Shown: positions 48,446-56,233 of the stretch, piece after piece
Layout: every line of letters begins with the position of its first letter
How positions within the stretch are numbered: position 1 is the first letter of the stretch
Virus record (IMG/VR): IMGVR_UViG_3300046787_000286
Coordinates: 1-64,000 of that record
Direction: 5' to 3' (one strand)
DNA: 64,000 bases
Notes under the pieces: model-generated
What the model was told of the DNA's origin: nothing
Databases searched by the model: none
What the model saw: the letters and a program-made list of their open reading frames with translations, nothing else
Position numbers and translations under genes: made by a program

Positions 48446-48603
48446 TATTTGATCCCACAAGCCGTTTTGATTTTGTCTGCTTCGACGCCGGCTTTGATAG
48501 CCTCGATGCGACATTGATTGTTACCGTATTCGATGATCACCAAGGGTGAAAACATTATTACGATAAACCCCATGAACATACCAACGATCCACTTATCACT
48601 CAT
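48445..48603 (-). CDS. 52-aa membrane peptide (missed by ORF track)
   Basis: MSDKWIVGMFMGFIVIMFSPLVIIEYGNNQCRIEAIKAGVEADKIKTACGIK*; TAATG coupling to the SPFH gene. Confidence 0.65.
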   Translation of the reverse strand: MSDKWIVGMFMGFIVIMFSPLVIIEYGNNQCRIEAIKAGVEADKIKTACGIK

Positions 48604-48841
48604 TTGTTACCTCCGGAACGTCTTTCCAGGCACTCCACTGCATGTTAGCAGTTTTTGCAAGACTTTCATTGTCCCACATGCCTGCAGCCGCAGCACGAAT
48701 TGTAACGTCAACCATTTGACGATACTGTAGCTTCTGCTTAACCACTGTGTGTTTGTCAAACTCCTTACCAAATTGGATTTCGTGCGCAGGAGGAACAATG
48801 TATTCTTCCTCCTCCCGGGCTAGCCACCGCATCTCTATCAT
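48596..48841 (-). CDS. Hypothetical protein
   Basis: 81 aa; 'MIEMRW...LQYRQ...WKDVPEV'. Confidence 0.65.
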   Translation of the reverse strand: MIEMRWLAREEEEYIVPPAHEIQFGKEFDKHTVVKQKLQYRQMVDVTIRAAAAGMWDNESLAKTANMQWSAWKDVPEVTNE

Positions 48842-50149
48842 TTAGCGACCTTTCTTTTCTTCGTCGTAGTAGGCGTATTGTCCCCATGGTGGAACAATGG
48901 TAGTAGTTCCGTGCAAGATAAACACTGTGTCAGTGTAGTTCTCGTCGCCCCAGCTACCAAATGGGTAACCGTCAGTAAACATAATCAAACGCTTGGGTTC
49001 AATTTCTTCTGCCTTCAAGTAGTTGTAAACACAGTCAAAGTCTGTGCCACCGCCACCTTTGACTTCGTAGTCACAGATTGAATCTAAGTTTTCTGAATCG
49101 TACTGAGCAGGATTGTATGCTTCAGTATCAAACGTCACAACGTGAATCTTGTAAGCAGGGAACGAGTCCATGATGCCTTGGATCTCACTCAAGAAGTCCT
49201 TTAGCATGCTTTCTGAAATAGAACCAGATGCGTCCAATGCCACAGCAATGTCAATCATTGGGTCCAGTTTCATGCCAGGCATAACTGCATCCATGTGCCA
49301 GCCTTTGCGGCTTGAGCGCATCCATGTGTAGTCGGACTTGATAGTAGATTCCAATTGCATACGCAACAGTTCACGCCAGTTCATCTTTGGCTCAGTCAAG
49401 TCATTGATCATGCGTTTGACGCCAGCTGGGATATTGCCTGCATCTTGTGTGGCACTTGCCGCTGCCAACATAGCTTCTTTGATCTCGTCCTTGATAGCGT
49501 CGCGATCAGCCTGGCTCAACTTTGGACGACCTTTGCCTTCTTGGTCGCCGTCGCCGTCGCCGTCACCTTCGCCATCCAAATGCTCGTCGATCATTTTGTC
49601 CAACAAGTCACTCATGTTGATCTTTTGAGCGTTTTGCATCAAGTCGTCATAAACTTCTTCTGAGCTCATGCCTTCGTATTTTTTGTCATACAAGCAAGGC
49701 ACAGTAGTAATCATTTCGCCCACGTTGTGCTTTTTCAAGTCTGCGTTAACACAGAAGTCGTTGGCAAAGTTCCAGATTTTTGGATCACGATCGCCACGGC
49801 GACCAAAGTGATCATAAACGCAGTGTAACACTTCGTGTCCAAACAAGAATTCAATTTCCTTTGGACGAAGCATTTCAACGAAACGAGTGTTGTAATAAAA
49901 ATTACGGCCGTCAGTTGCCGCAGTACCGCACCATTCATCGGCATTGATCAACTTCAAACGAGTGGCCAAGTTACCAAAGAAGCTGGCTTTCAACAGCAAG
50001 CCCACGCGGGCAGTGATCAGTTTTTCGCGAACTTTGCGATCCAGTGCTGGGTCTGTAGGGCCGATAAGATCTTTAAACTTAGCTGACTCTTTGCTGTCGG
50101 CAGTAGTGCCAGCAGTAGCATGCAGTACGTCTGGGTTAAAATATTGCAT
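48842..50149 (-). CDS. Putative metallopeptidase + vWA domain protein (DUF2201-like), MoxR partner
   Basis: 'TAATDG', 'HEVLH' (HExxH), 'DFCVN', vWA MIDAS 'LDASGSI', 'GGGGTDF', 'MFTDG'. Confidence 0.9.
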   Translation of the reverse strand: MQYFNPDVLHATAGTTADSKESAKFKDLIGPTDPALDRKVREKLITARVGLLLKASFFGNLATRLKLINADEWCGTAATDGRNFYYNTRFVEMLRPKEIEFLFGHEVLHCVYDHFGRRGDRDPKIWNFANDFCVNADLKKHNVGEMITTVPCLYDKKYEGMSSEEVYDDLMQNAQKINMSDLLDKMIDEHLDGEGDGDGDGDQEGKGRPKLSQADRDAIKDEIKEAMLAAASATQDAGNIPAGVKRMINDLTEPKMNWRELLRMQLESTIKSDYTWMRSSRKGWHMDAVMPGMKLDPMIDIAVALDASGSISESMLKDFLSEIQGIMDSFPAYKIHVVTFDTEAYNPAQYDSENLDSICDYEVKGGGGTDFDCVYNYLKAEEIEPKRLIMFTDGYPFGSWGDENYTDTVFILHGTTTIVPPWGQYAYYDEEKKGR

Positions 50150-50175
50150 AGGTATCCTTTGTTGTGTTATGTGTT

Positions 50176-50204
50176 AGTATAGCAGATCACAATTTACTGG
50201 TCAA
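50176..50204 (-). promoter_or_regulatory. sigma70 promoter TTGACC-17-TATACT
   Basis: 17-nt spacing, upstream of the vWA gene. Confidence 0.75.
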
Positions 50205-50208
50205 CGTA

Positions 50209-50622
50209 TTACTTGACTAATGCGTAGGGTTTATCCCAGCGGCCAATGTTGATGTCAATGTAGTGCGAGCGATGAAAGTAATCTGTTTGGATGTCGCTGT
50301 GATCAAAGTAGTCTGGGCCTTTCATTGCCGCAACAATCTCAGTCAAAAACGTTTTAGCAACACCGCTGAAGTGCTCGTGATACCAGTATGTGTTGACATC
50401 GATAGAGTTAGTAGCAGGTTGAAATGGCAAGTGTTCTGGGCGAGATTTTGCACCGCATACTTGGTTGTAATTGCCAATGAAGTCGATGCCACCTTGCTGG
50501 ATGTTAAGCACAAGGCTGGAGTGATGACGAACTGCAAGGCTAGCTTTGACACCGTACTTTTTGCAGATTGCTTTGATAGCTGGTGCCAATTTTGCTTTCA
50601 TTTCCTGGGATACAAATGCCAT
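50209..50622 (-). CDS. Hypothetical protein
   Basis: 137 aa with GGAG RBS; 'DHSDIQTDYFH..YIDINIG.WDKPY'. Confidence 0.75.
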   Translation of the reverse strand: MAFVSQEMKAKLAPAIKAICKKYGVKASLAVRHHSSLVLNIQQGGIDFIGNYNQVCGAKSRPEHLPFQPATNSIDVNTYWYHEHFSGVAKTFLTEIVAAMKGPDYFDHSDIQTDYFHRSHYIDINIGRWDKPYALVK

Positions 50623-50656
50623 CTCAAACTCCTGTTTTGTTGCTGTCTATGTGTAT

Positions 50657-50685
50657 ATTATAGCAAATCGGGCATTATTGGTCAA
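50657..50685 (-). promoter_or_regulatory. sigma70 promoter TTGACC-17-TATAAT
   Basis: Identical to 47516-47544. Confidence 0.8.
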
Positions 50686-50720
50686 CCAAAAAGTGTAACT
50701 TAAAAAGTAGTACTAGAGTA

Positions 50721-51008
50721 TTACAAATTCAAGTACTTTAGCTGGAACCAGCTTTGTGCTTTGTCGTCAAAGAAATCTAGATGTACTTGGTCTTCGTAGT
50801 GCATGTTGGTACCATTATTAGTCTTGTGTTCGTTTGGTACGAGCCCTTGGTGGTAGCGATATGTAAACCCAAGCTCACGTTTCATTCGCGGTCGCACTGC
50901 CATGCCCATGCCAAAGTCCCGGAGGATGCTTGCATAGATGTCTGACCACTCTCCAGGATTGTGAAAGATGATTAGATGTTTTTTAACAGTGACTTTGCTC
51001 ACGACCAT
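50721..51008 (-). CDS. Small protein, F-x-L-[KR]-W paralogue family
   Basis: Ends 'LDFFDDKAQSWFQLKYLNL'. Confidence 0.7.
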   Translation of the reverse strand: MVVSKVTVKKHLIIFHNPGEWSDIYASILRDFGMGMAVRPRMKRELGFTYRYHQGLVPNEHKTNNGTNMHYEDQVHLDFFDDKAQSWFQLKYLNL

Positions 51009-51370
51009 CCACCGCCTAGCCGTTTCCAGGCCAGCCGTTGTTCCATTATTAATTTGAACTTACGTGCTTCATCTTCTTTGATAAATTTGCAGCCAATAAC
51101 CACATGATGATCTGATACGTATCGCGCGGCGCCTTCTTGATCTTGGAACCATGCAGCTTCGTTGAGATACATAGTTTCAAATTGGTCCGGCTTGTTGTAT
51201 TCATGCACGCCGAGTATGGCCTCAACAACACCAATGTCATCAAACAAGATTGCCAACAAGTTTTTGGCTTTGTTTGCATTGTTTACAACAACCATTTCAA
51301 ATCCAGGCCAGCTCACTGACCAGTGATTATCAGGCAAGTCTTTTAAAACAAAACGTTCTGTTACTTCCAT
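50999..51370 (-). CDS. Small protein, same family (divergent)
   Basis: Ends 'KFIKEDEARKFKLIMEQRLAWKR'. Confidence 0.65.
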   Translation of the reverse strand: MEVTERFVLKDLPDNHWSVSWPGFEMVVVNNANKAKNLLAILFDDIGVVEAILGVHEYNKPDQFETMYLNEAAWFQDQEGAARYVSDHHVVIGCKFIKEDEARKFKLIMEQRLAWKRLGGGWS

Positions 51371-51669
51371 TTTAACATCAACATGGTGTAAAGTTTTTCG
51401 TGCATGTCAAACACATTGAAGTGCATGTACCACTGCTTATCTATATGCTCGTGTCTGTGCCACATGTCGGGATCTTGTTCTTGCACCCAGCCACTAACTA
51501 GGCTAGGCTTACATTGTACTGTATACCAGGTTTCTCCGTCAACTTGGGCTTGATCCAAAATGCGAATTGCTGGCGGGTTCGCTATGTCCATGTATGTGCT
51601 TTTGCCCGTTTGTTGAGCAGCCATTAGTGTAGTAATTTGGCCTTTACGCCATCCTGTTGCTGTGGTCAT
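51361..51669 (-). CDS. Small protein, same family
   Basis: Ends 'FDMHEKLYTMLMLKWK'. Confidence 0.65.
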   Translation of the reverse strand: MTTATGWRKGQITTLMAAQQTGKSTYMDIANPPAIRILDQAQVDGETWYTVQCKPSLVSGWVQEQDPDMWHRHEHIDKQWYMHFNVFDMHEKLYTMLMLKWK

Positions 51670-51871
51670 CTAATAAGATTTCAAAAAGTGTTGCGTATTG
51701 TGTTTCGGGTTCCATGTGAAACCCTGAACCCCAAACTATCCATACCTTACGCTTATATGCCTGCTGCCAGCCAATACGTTGTCCTGTAATTGTCTTGCGT
51801 GGCCACATAACAAATGTCTTGGTCCAAGGATAACAATCTGCTCCATCGGTAATAATTTGTTTTATTTCCAT
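51644..51871 (-). CDS. Small hypothetical protein
   Basis: MEIKQIITDGADCYPW..FVMWPRKTITGQRIGW; start ATG 51871. Confidence 0.6.
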   Translation of the reverse strand: MEIKQIITDGADCYPWTKTFVMWPRKTITGQRIGWQQAYKRKVWIVWGSGFHMEPETQYATLFEILLDDHSNRMA

Positions 51872-52122
51872 CGTAACAAAAACCAATCACGGTCTGCTTC
51901 ATTTCTAAACCAAAACTTAGCATTGTTTACATACCAACGACAGCTAGGTGTAAACACACCATCTTTAGGAGTGGGACCAAATGTTTCTACACACCACGCA
52001 ACCATGTTATTCCAAGTGTCAATCCCGCCCCAGTCACCGGCTGGATCCCAGTTGGGCACTGGCTTCACAGTCCAGTACCTTGCACCAAATACTCGACCTT
52101 CGTTGATCTCAAATTGTCTCAT
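51862..52122 (-). CDS. Small protein, same family
   Basis: 'MVAWCVETFG', ends 'FWFRNEADRDWFLLRWK'. Confidence 0.75.
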   Translation of the reverse strand: MRQFEINEGRVFGARYWTVKPVPNWDPAGDWGGIDTWNNMVAWCVETFGPTPKDGVFTPSCRWYVNNAKFWFRNEADRDWFLLRWK

Positions 52123-52337
52123 GAAAACTTCAGCGCAAATATTGTAGCATCCTCGTCGTCTTCAAACTCAACAAATTTGCCAGCCCAATCGGGTGCCATA
52201 TAGGACGGCGCCTGGCAATTCTGTTTGCACCAGTAATGAATTTCGCCCCAGTTATATTTGGGGTTGTAAGTTGCTCTGTGCAATTTTGGCACTTTAAAAG
52301 TTGGATGTTCTTTCCAAGGGTAAGTGTATGTAATCAT
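52119..52337 (-). CDS. Small protein, same family
   Basis: Start ATG 52337; 'IHYWCKQNC', ends 'VEFEDDEDATIFALKFS'. Confidence 0.75.
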   Translation of the reverse strand: MITYTYPWKEHPTFKVPKLHRATYNPKYNWGEIHYWCKQNCQAPSYMAPDWAGKFVEFEDDEDATIFALKFS

Positions 52338-52573
52338 GCTGTTCCAAATTTTAATGCAAACATTATAGCAGGCTGTTCCCACTCGAACTGATATGTGACA
52401 TATCCATTGTCAAACTCTCTAGTGTCTAAGTACCAACGCTGAAAGTAGCCTGTACCAGTTACTGGGTACGCTTCACACCATTCATATGCGCCTTCACAAG
52501 CATCACGGCGCAGCCGCACCTTGTAGCGAAAGTCTGGGTTTGATCGGCCGCCGCCACCGTAGAACTTTTCCAT
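52334..52573 (-). CDS. Small protein, same family
   Basis: Start ATG 52573; 'AYEWCEAY', ends 'YQFEWEQPAIMFALKFGTA'. Confidence 0.75.
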   Translation of the reverse strand: MEKFYGGGGRSNPDFRYKVRLRRDACEGAYEWCEAYPVTGTGYFQRWYLDTREFDNGYVTYQFEWEQPAIMFALKFGTA

Positions 52574-52782
52574 TAACTCCACCTCAAACAAAATGCAGTC
52601 AGAGTTGACGTATTGGGGAATACCACAGTCATTCCAACAAATGCAGAACCGTTGTCCCAGCACCAGTTTCGCAATTCAGTTTCATGATCTGCCCAGTAAT
52701 GGAAGTCTGACAGTATAACCATTTGTTCGGCGTCAGTTAACACGCAAGGGACGACAATGAATCTCTCTTGAGTTGAAACCAT
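52573..52782 (-). CDS. Small protein, same family
   Basis: 'LRNWCWDN', ends 'VVFPNTSTLTAFCLRWS'. Confidence 0.7.
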   Translation of the reverse strand: MVSTQERFIVVPCVLTDAEQMVILSDFHYWADHETELRNWCWDNGSAFVGMTVVFPNTSTLTAFCLRWS

Positions 52783-53021
52783 GTTGCATCCTTGTGTGCT
52801 TTAAAGTATATGTCGCACCATTTGCGTTTAATAACAGCAGGAGCAGAGTCAAGCCATTCATATCGTGTCCGATGAAACCATGTGCCTTTTCTAGTGCCAC
52901 CTTTGCCAAATAAATTTTGTGCAAGTATTAGAGCATTAAACACATGCTCGTCATAATCTTTACGAGTCCACCATCCGTTGCCTTGTTCTTCTGCTAGTAC
53001 ACTAATTCTTGTAGACTTCAA
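52737..53021 (-). CDS. Small protein, same family
   Basis: Ends 'IYFKAHKDATWFQLKR...'. Confidence 0.65.
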   Translation of the reverse strand: MKSTRISVLAEEQGNGWWTRKDYDEHVFNALILAQNLFGKGGTRKGTWFHRTRYEWLDSAPAVIKRKWCDIYFKAHKDATWFQLKRDSLSSLAC

Positions 53022-53025
53022 TTGA

Positions 53026-53268
53026 TCAACCCCACTTTAATTTAAAGATCATAGCGTCCGAACTTTTTTCAAATGCAAATTTACGCATTGCAAAACTTCC
53101 AACCCAATGTCCACTACACCGGCTATTGCACCAAATAGTGAGTCCCATCCAACTTGTTGCCGCAGTATGTTCGTCTCCAGGCTCTAGCACAGTCCAGCCA
53201 CGTTTGACAGCACCGCGCACACTCCGGGGATTTGACACTTTGTATGGTAAATGATATCCTCTAGACAT
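53026..53268 (-). CDS. Small protein, same family
   Basis: 'LTIWCNSRC', ends 'FAFEKSSDAMIFKLKWG'. Confidence 0.75.
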   Translation of the reverse strand: MSRGYHLPYKVSNPRSVRGAVKRGWTVLEPGDEHTAATSWMGLTIWCNSRCSGHWVGSFAMRKFAFEKSSDAMIFKLKWG

Positions 53269-53605
53269 TTGTTATATCAATTGGGTGAGACAACTGGAAC
53301 CAACCAAGTTCTTTTTCACTGGCCAAGTAGATTCGATAGTCATTGTATTGCACAGAGTAAGCCCAATGCTGGTTGATGTCTTCATCTTGTACCACAGTAT
53401 TAATTGGATCCATTCTGCGTTGTAACAAGTTGGAACGAGTCTCCACGTCTTGTGACCAACCCCAATTAGTAGTCATCCAACGTCTAGAACGATCAAAGTC
53501 TAATACGCCAGTGCCTTTCCAGGTGCTTTTAGAAAACTCTAGCATATAAGCAAATTGAGCACACCAGCTATGTCGACGATCTAATTTAGTTACTTCGTAT
53601 CTCAT
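53261..53605 (-). CDS. Small protein, same family
   Basis: Start ATG 53605; 'RRWMTTNWG', ends 'IYLASEKELGWFQLSHP...'. Confidence 0.7.
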   Translation of the reverse strand: MRYEVTKLDRRHSWCAQFAYMLEFSKSTWKGTGVLDFDRSRRWMTTNWGWSQDVETRSNLLQRRMDPINTVVQDEDINQHWAYSVQYNDYRIYLASEKELGWFQLSHPIDITNV

Positions 53606-53610
53606 AATAA

Positions 53611-53640
53611 AGAAAAAGGCTGTGGGGGACACAGCCTGTG
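53611..53640 (-). terminator. Intrinsic terminator
   Basis: Minus strand AGGCTGTG-TCCCC-CACAGCCT-TTTTCTT after the ATPase stop. Confidence 0.75.
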
Positions 53641-53661
53641 CAACCCCCACTGCCTTCTAGT

Positions 53662-54753
53662 TTAGGCCGAAGCCTGCAAAATGTACTTGCCGTACTTGTC
53701 GTGGAACTGATCAAAGTTCTTCAACTTGGTAGGCTGGAATGGCAAGTTGTATGTGGTAAGCGCAATACGAGCACCCATCACAACCAACTCAGTTTCAAAG
53801 TTCTTCATCATGTATGAGAAGAAGTTATCTGCCATTTCGTGGAACTTCTTAGAATCCACTTTTGCTTCCACTGCACCCTTCAATTCGTAGCACATGGAAA
53901 TCACCAGTGAGTACATCGCTGACACTTCCTTGACATTCAAGTCCATGACCTTGCCTGACAAAATGTCTTCTGGCTTGGGCATGCGACCTGCAATCTTACG
54001 GTGAGCCATAAACTTCACAGCAAGACCTTCGCCAACAGTACCTGCAATCAAGTTGGTTGCTGTTTCGTCATCTACAGTTTCGTCATCCAACAGCTGGCTC
54101 ACAAAGGTCCATGAACGTGGAGTAGCGAACGCCCGGCTTGCAGATTTTGCATCAAAGTCATACAAGTCTTGCTTGGCAAAGCTCAAGTAACCCACAACGT
54201 CTTTGTTGATGTTGGCGTTAACGGCCCATTCTTGCCAGCTTGGGAAGTCAACACGCATTTCTTGGTGAACAAAACGGTTGCTCAACGGAGTTGGCATACG
54301 ATATGTCACACCTTTGTCTGACTCACGGTTACCTGCGGCAACCATAACCACGTTGTCTGGCAACATATACTTGCCAATACGACGGTTCAAAATCAACTGA
54401 TAAGCCGCAGATTGCACAGAAGGTGCAGCCGAGTTCATTTCGTCCAAGAACAACACCACAACTGGGTATTGTGCGGCAGTTTCTGCGTCGGGCAAGTCAA
54501 CTGGAGCTGCCCAGTCCATTTTGCCATTGTCTTTGTTGTAGAATGGGATACCACGAATGTCTGTGGGCTCCATCTGACCTAAACGCAAGTCATACATGAT
54601 ACCACCGAGGTCCTTGGTAATACCTTCAACAAGCTCTGACTTACCGATACCAGGAGGGCCCCACAAGAAGATTGGGCGTTTAACTTTGAAAGCCTGCAAA
54701 ATGGATTTACGGGCTTGGACTGCGGTAACGGTACGTGCATCTGATACTGACAT
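53662..54753 (-). CDS. MoxR-like AAA+ ATPase
   Basis: Walker A 'GPPGIGKS', 'DIRGIP', Walker B 'LFLDEMN', 'AAGN', 'LSNRF', 'TPRSW'. Confidence 0.92.
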   Translation of the reverse strand: MSVSDARTVTAVQARKSILQAFKVKRPIFLWGPPGIGKSELVEGITKDLGGIMYDLRLGQMEPTDIRGIPFYNKDNGKMDWAAPVDLPDAETAAQYPVVVLFLDEMNSAAPSVQSAAYQLILNRRIGKYMLPDNVVMVAAGNRESDKGVTYRMPTPLSNRFVHQEMRVDFPSWQEWAVNANINKDVVGYLSFAKQDLYDFDAKSASRAFATPRSWTFVSQLLDDETVDDETATNLIAGTVGEGLAVKFMAHRKIAGRMPKPEDILSGKVMDLNVKEVSAMYSLVISMCYELKGAVEAKVDSKKFHEMADNFFSYMMKNFETELVVMGARIALTTYNLPFQPTKLKNFDQFHDKYGKYILQASA

Positions 54754-54794
54754 GGGCTGTGCCTTTCTGTTTAAAAATTAACTACTGAAACTCT

Positions 54795-54823
54795 ATTATA
54801 GCAAAAGTTGATTTATTGGTCAA
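54795..54823 (-). promoter_or_regulatory. sigma70 promoter TTGACC-17-TATAAT
   Basis: Upstream of the MoxR gene. Confidence 0.8.
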
Positions 54824-54826
54824 CTA

Positions 54827-54991
54827 TTAGCTGTTGATTGTTGCAAACGGACTGTTGTTTTCATGCAACTGTTCTTGCTCTTCGAAGATCCAAGAAATTG
54901 GAATATCAAGCGCATAAGCAATGTCAACTGGTTCTTCGCCACGCTCAAGGCGCTCTTGGATCATTATTGATAAATCACTCATCTTGCTCAT
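54827..54991 (-). CDS. 54-aa hypothetical protein
   Basis: MSKMSDLSIMIQERLERGEEPVDIAYALDIPISW (HTH-like); AGGAG RBS. Confidence 0.7.
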   Translation of the reverse strand: MSKMSDLSIMIQERLERGEEPVDIAYALDIPISWIFEEQEQLHENNSPFATINS

Positions 54992-55021
54992 TTGCAACTC
55001 CTTGTTTCTTACTATGTACAT

Positions 55022-55050
55022 AGTATAGCAAAAACAGAATTAATGGTCAA
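55022..55050 (-). promoter_or_regulatory. sigma70 promoter TTGACC-17-TATACT
   Basis: 17-nt spacing; the -10/TSS overlaps a 14-bp palindrome ACTATGTACATAGT (55011-55024). Confidence 0.75.
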
Positions 55051-55051
55051 T

Positions 55052-55080
55052 AAAAAACCCTACACAGTGTAGGGTTTAAA
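55052..55080 (-). terminator. Intrinsic terminator
   Basis: Minus strand AAACCCTAC-ACTGT-GTAGGGTTT-TTT. Confidence 0.75.
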
Positions 55081-55096
55081 AAGTAGTACTTGAGTA

Positions 55097-56233
55097 TTAC
55101 ACACTAGCAACTTTATACAACGGGCTTAGATGCCCTTTTAATCCTTCGTTGACTGTGTTGTTATTGAACCATTTTTTGCCGCATTGGCGTTCTAGTTCCC
55201 ACAGGCTACCTTCCCACTTGAGTCTCGCTTCTAACTGCCCATCCAAAAACCACTTGGACAGTTCGTTGTAGATAGCACCAGTTGGCTTTTTAATCTGCCA
55301 TGTGTTATGATTCCAGTCTGCATAGATACTGAAGTTTACTTCTTTGTAATAACTTTCGTCGTGGAAGCTAGCAACATTACTCATGTGTTTGATTAGATTG
55401 AGTTTGTTGTTGGCACGAAGCCAGTTTACAACCACATGACTTTGCTTGATTGCTAGTTCGGGCATGTTCGGAGACCAATAAAAGTACTCGTCGTTCTCCC
55501 AGTACTCGCCAAGTATGTCATTAGTTGGCAAGGTGCCAGTGGTCATAATAACATCTAAAAATGCAAAGTAGATGTTATTGTCATCACGAAGCAGTCTTGG
55601 CTTATCTACCCCGTAAACAAACCCAACACGTTTTCCGCGATGCACTAACTCGTTGTGCTCTCGGAATACTTTGTGAAACTTGCTACGAACCATGCAAGTA
55701 GGATCGAATCTAACTCCGGCTGACCAAATCCAATCAGGGTCGTTAGCAGCTTCTACTATGTGCTTGGTCCAATCAAACACGTTAACTTTGATTTTTTTAT
55801 CCGCTACAAGTTTTTTAAGAGCGGGCAGGGCCTGTTGAATTTCTCTAGTGTAGTAACCGGGGTCACGACCAAATCCCAATCGAGAGTATTCTTTCTCTTC
55901 GGCTTCGAATGCACCGAACATGTAGATCTCATCTATGCGGATATTATTTTTAATAAACGCATTGAGGATATTCCAACTATCAACTCCGCCTGAATAGAAC
56001 AACACTAAATGGTCATATGCTTCGCGAAGTTGTAATGCTCGCTGTTTGTATAGCTCTTCTAGCTCTACAGTTGGTTCGAGATCCCACTTGTGCGCTCCGA
56101 AGATAGCGTCGTGATAGTCCCACTCAATCCACGAACCTGGATTAGCGTTGACTTCTAATATGGCTTCTAGTTTGTTTAAAAAAGGTTTACCGTTTGCACA
56201 GTAAATCCCTTTATTATGATACAGATATGTCAT
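55097..56233 (-). CDS. PP-loop (N-type ATP pyrophosphatase / adenine nucleotide alpha hydrolase-like) protein
   Basis: 'LVLFYSGGVDSWNIL' SGGxDS motif; 'GVDKPRL'; substrate unknown. Confidence 0.7.
   Translation of the reverse strand: MTYLYHNKGIYCANGKPFLNKLEAILEVNANPGSWIEWDYHDAIFGAHKWDLEPTVELEELYKQRALQLREAYDHLVLFYSGGVDSWNILNAFIKNNIRIDEIYMFGAFEAEEKEYSRLGFGRDPGYYTREIQQALPALKKLVADKKIKVNVFDWTKHIVEAANDPDWIWSAGVRFDPTCMVRSKFHKVFREHNELVHRGKRVGFVYGVDKPRLLRDDNNIYFAFLDVIMTTGTLPTNDILGEYWENDEYFYWSPNMPELAIKQSHVVVNWLRANNKLNLIKHMSNVASFHDESYYKEVNFSIYADWNHNTWQIKKPTGAIYNELSKWFLDGQLEARLKWEGSLWELERQCGKKWFNNNTVNEGLKGHLSPLYKVASV

Noticed and set aside
55097-56233. PP-loop gene as QueC of a 7-deazaguanine DNA modification pathway (with radical SAMs as QueE)
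   Set aside because: It lacks the QueC C-terminal Zn-binding Cys cluster and is much longer; no folE, queD or dpdA in the window; the radical SAMs are 370-570 aa with extra Cys motifs, unlike QueE.
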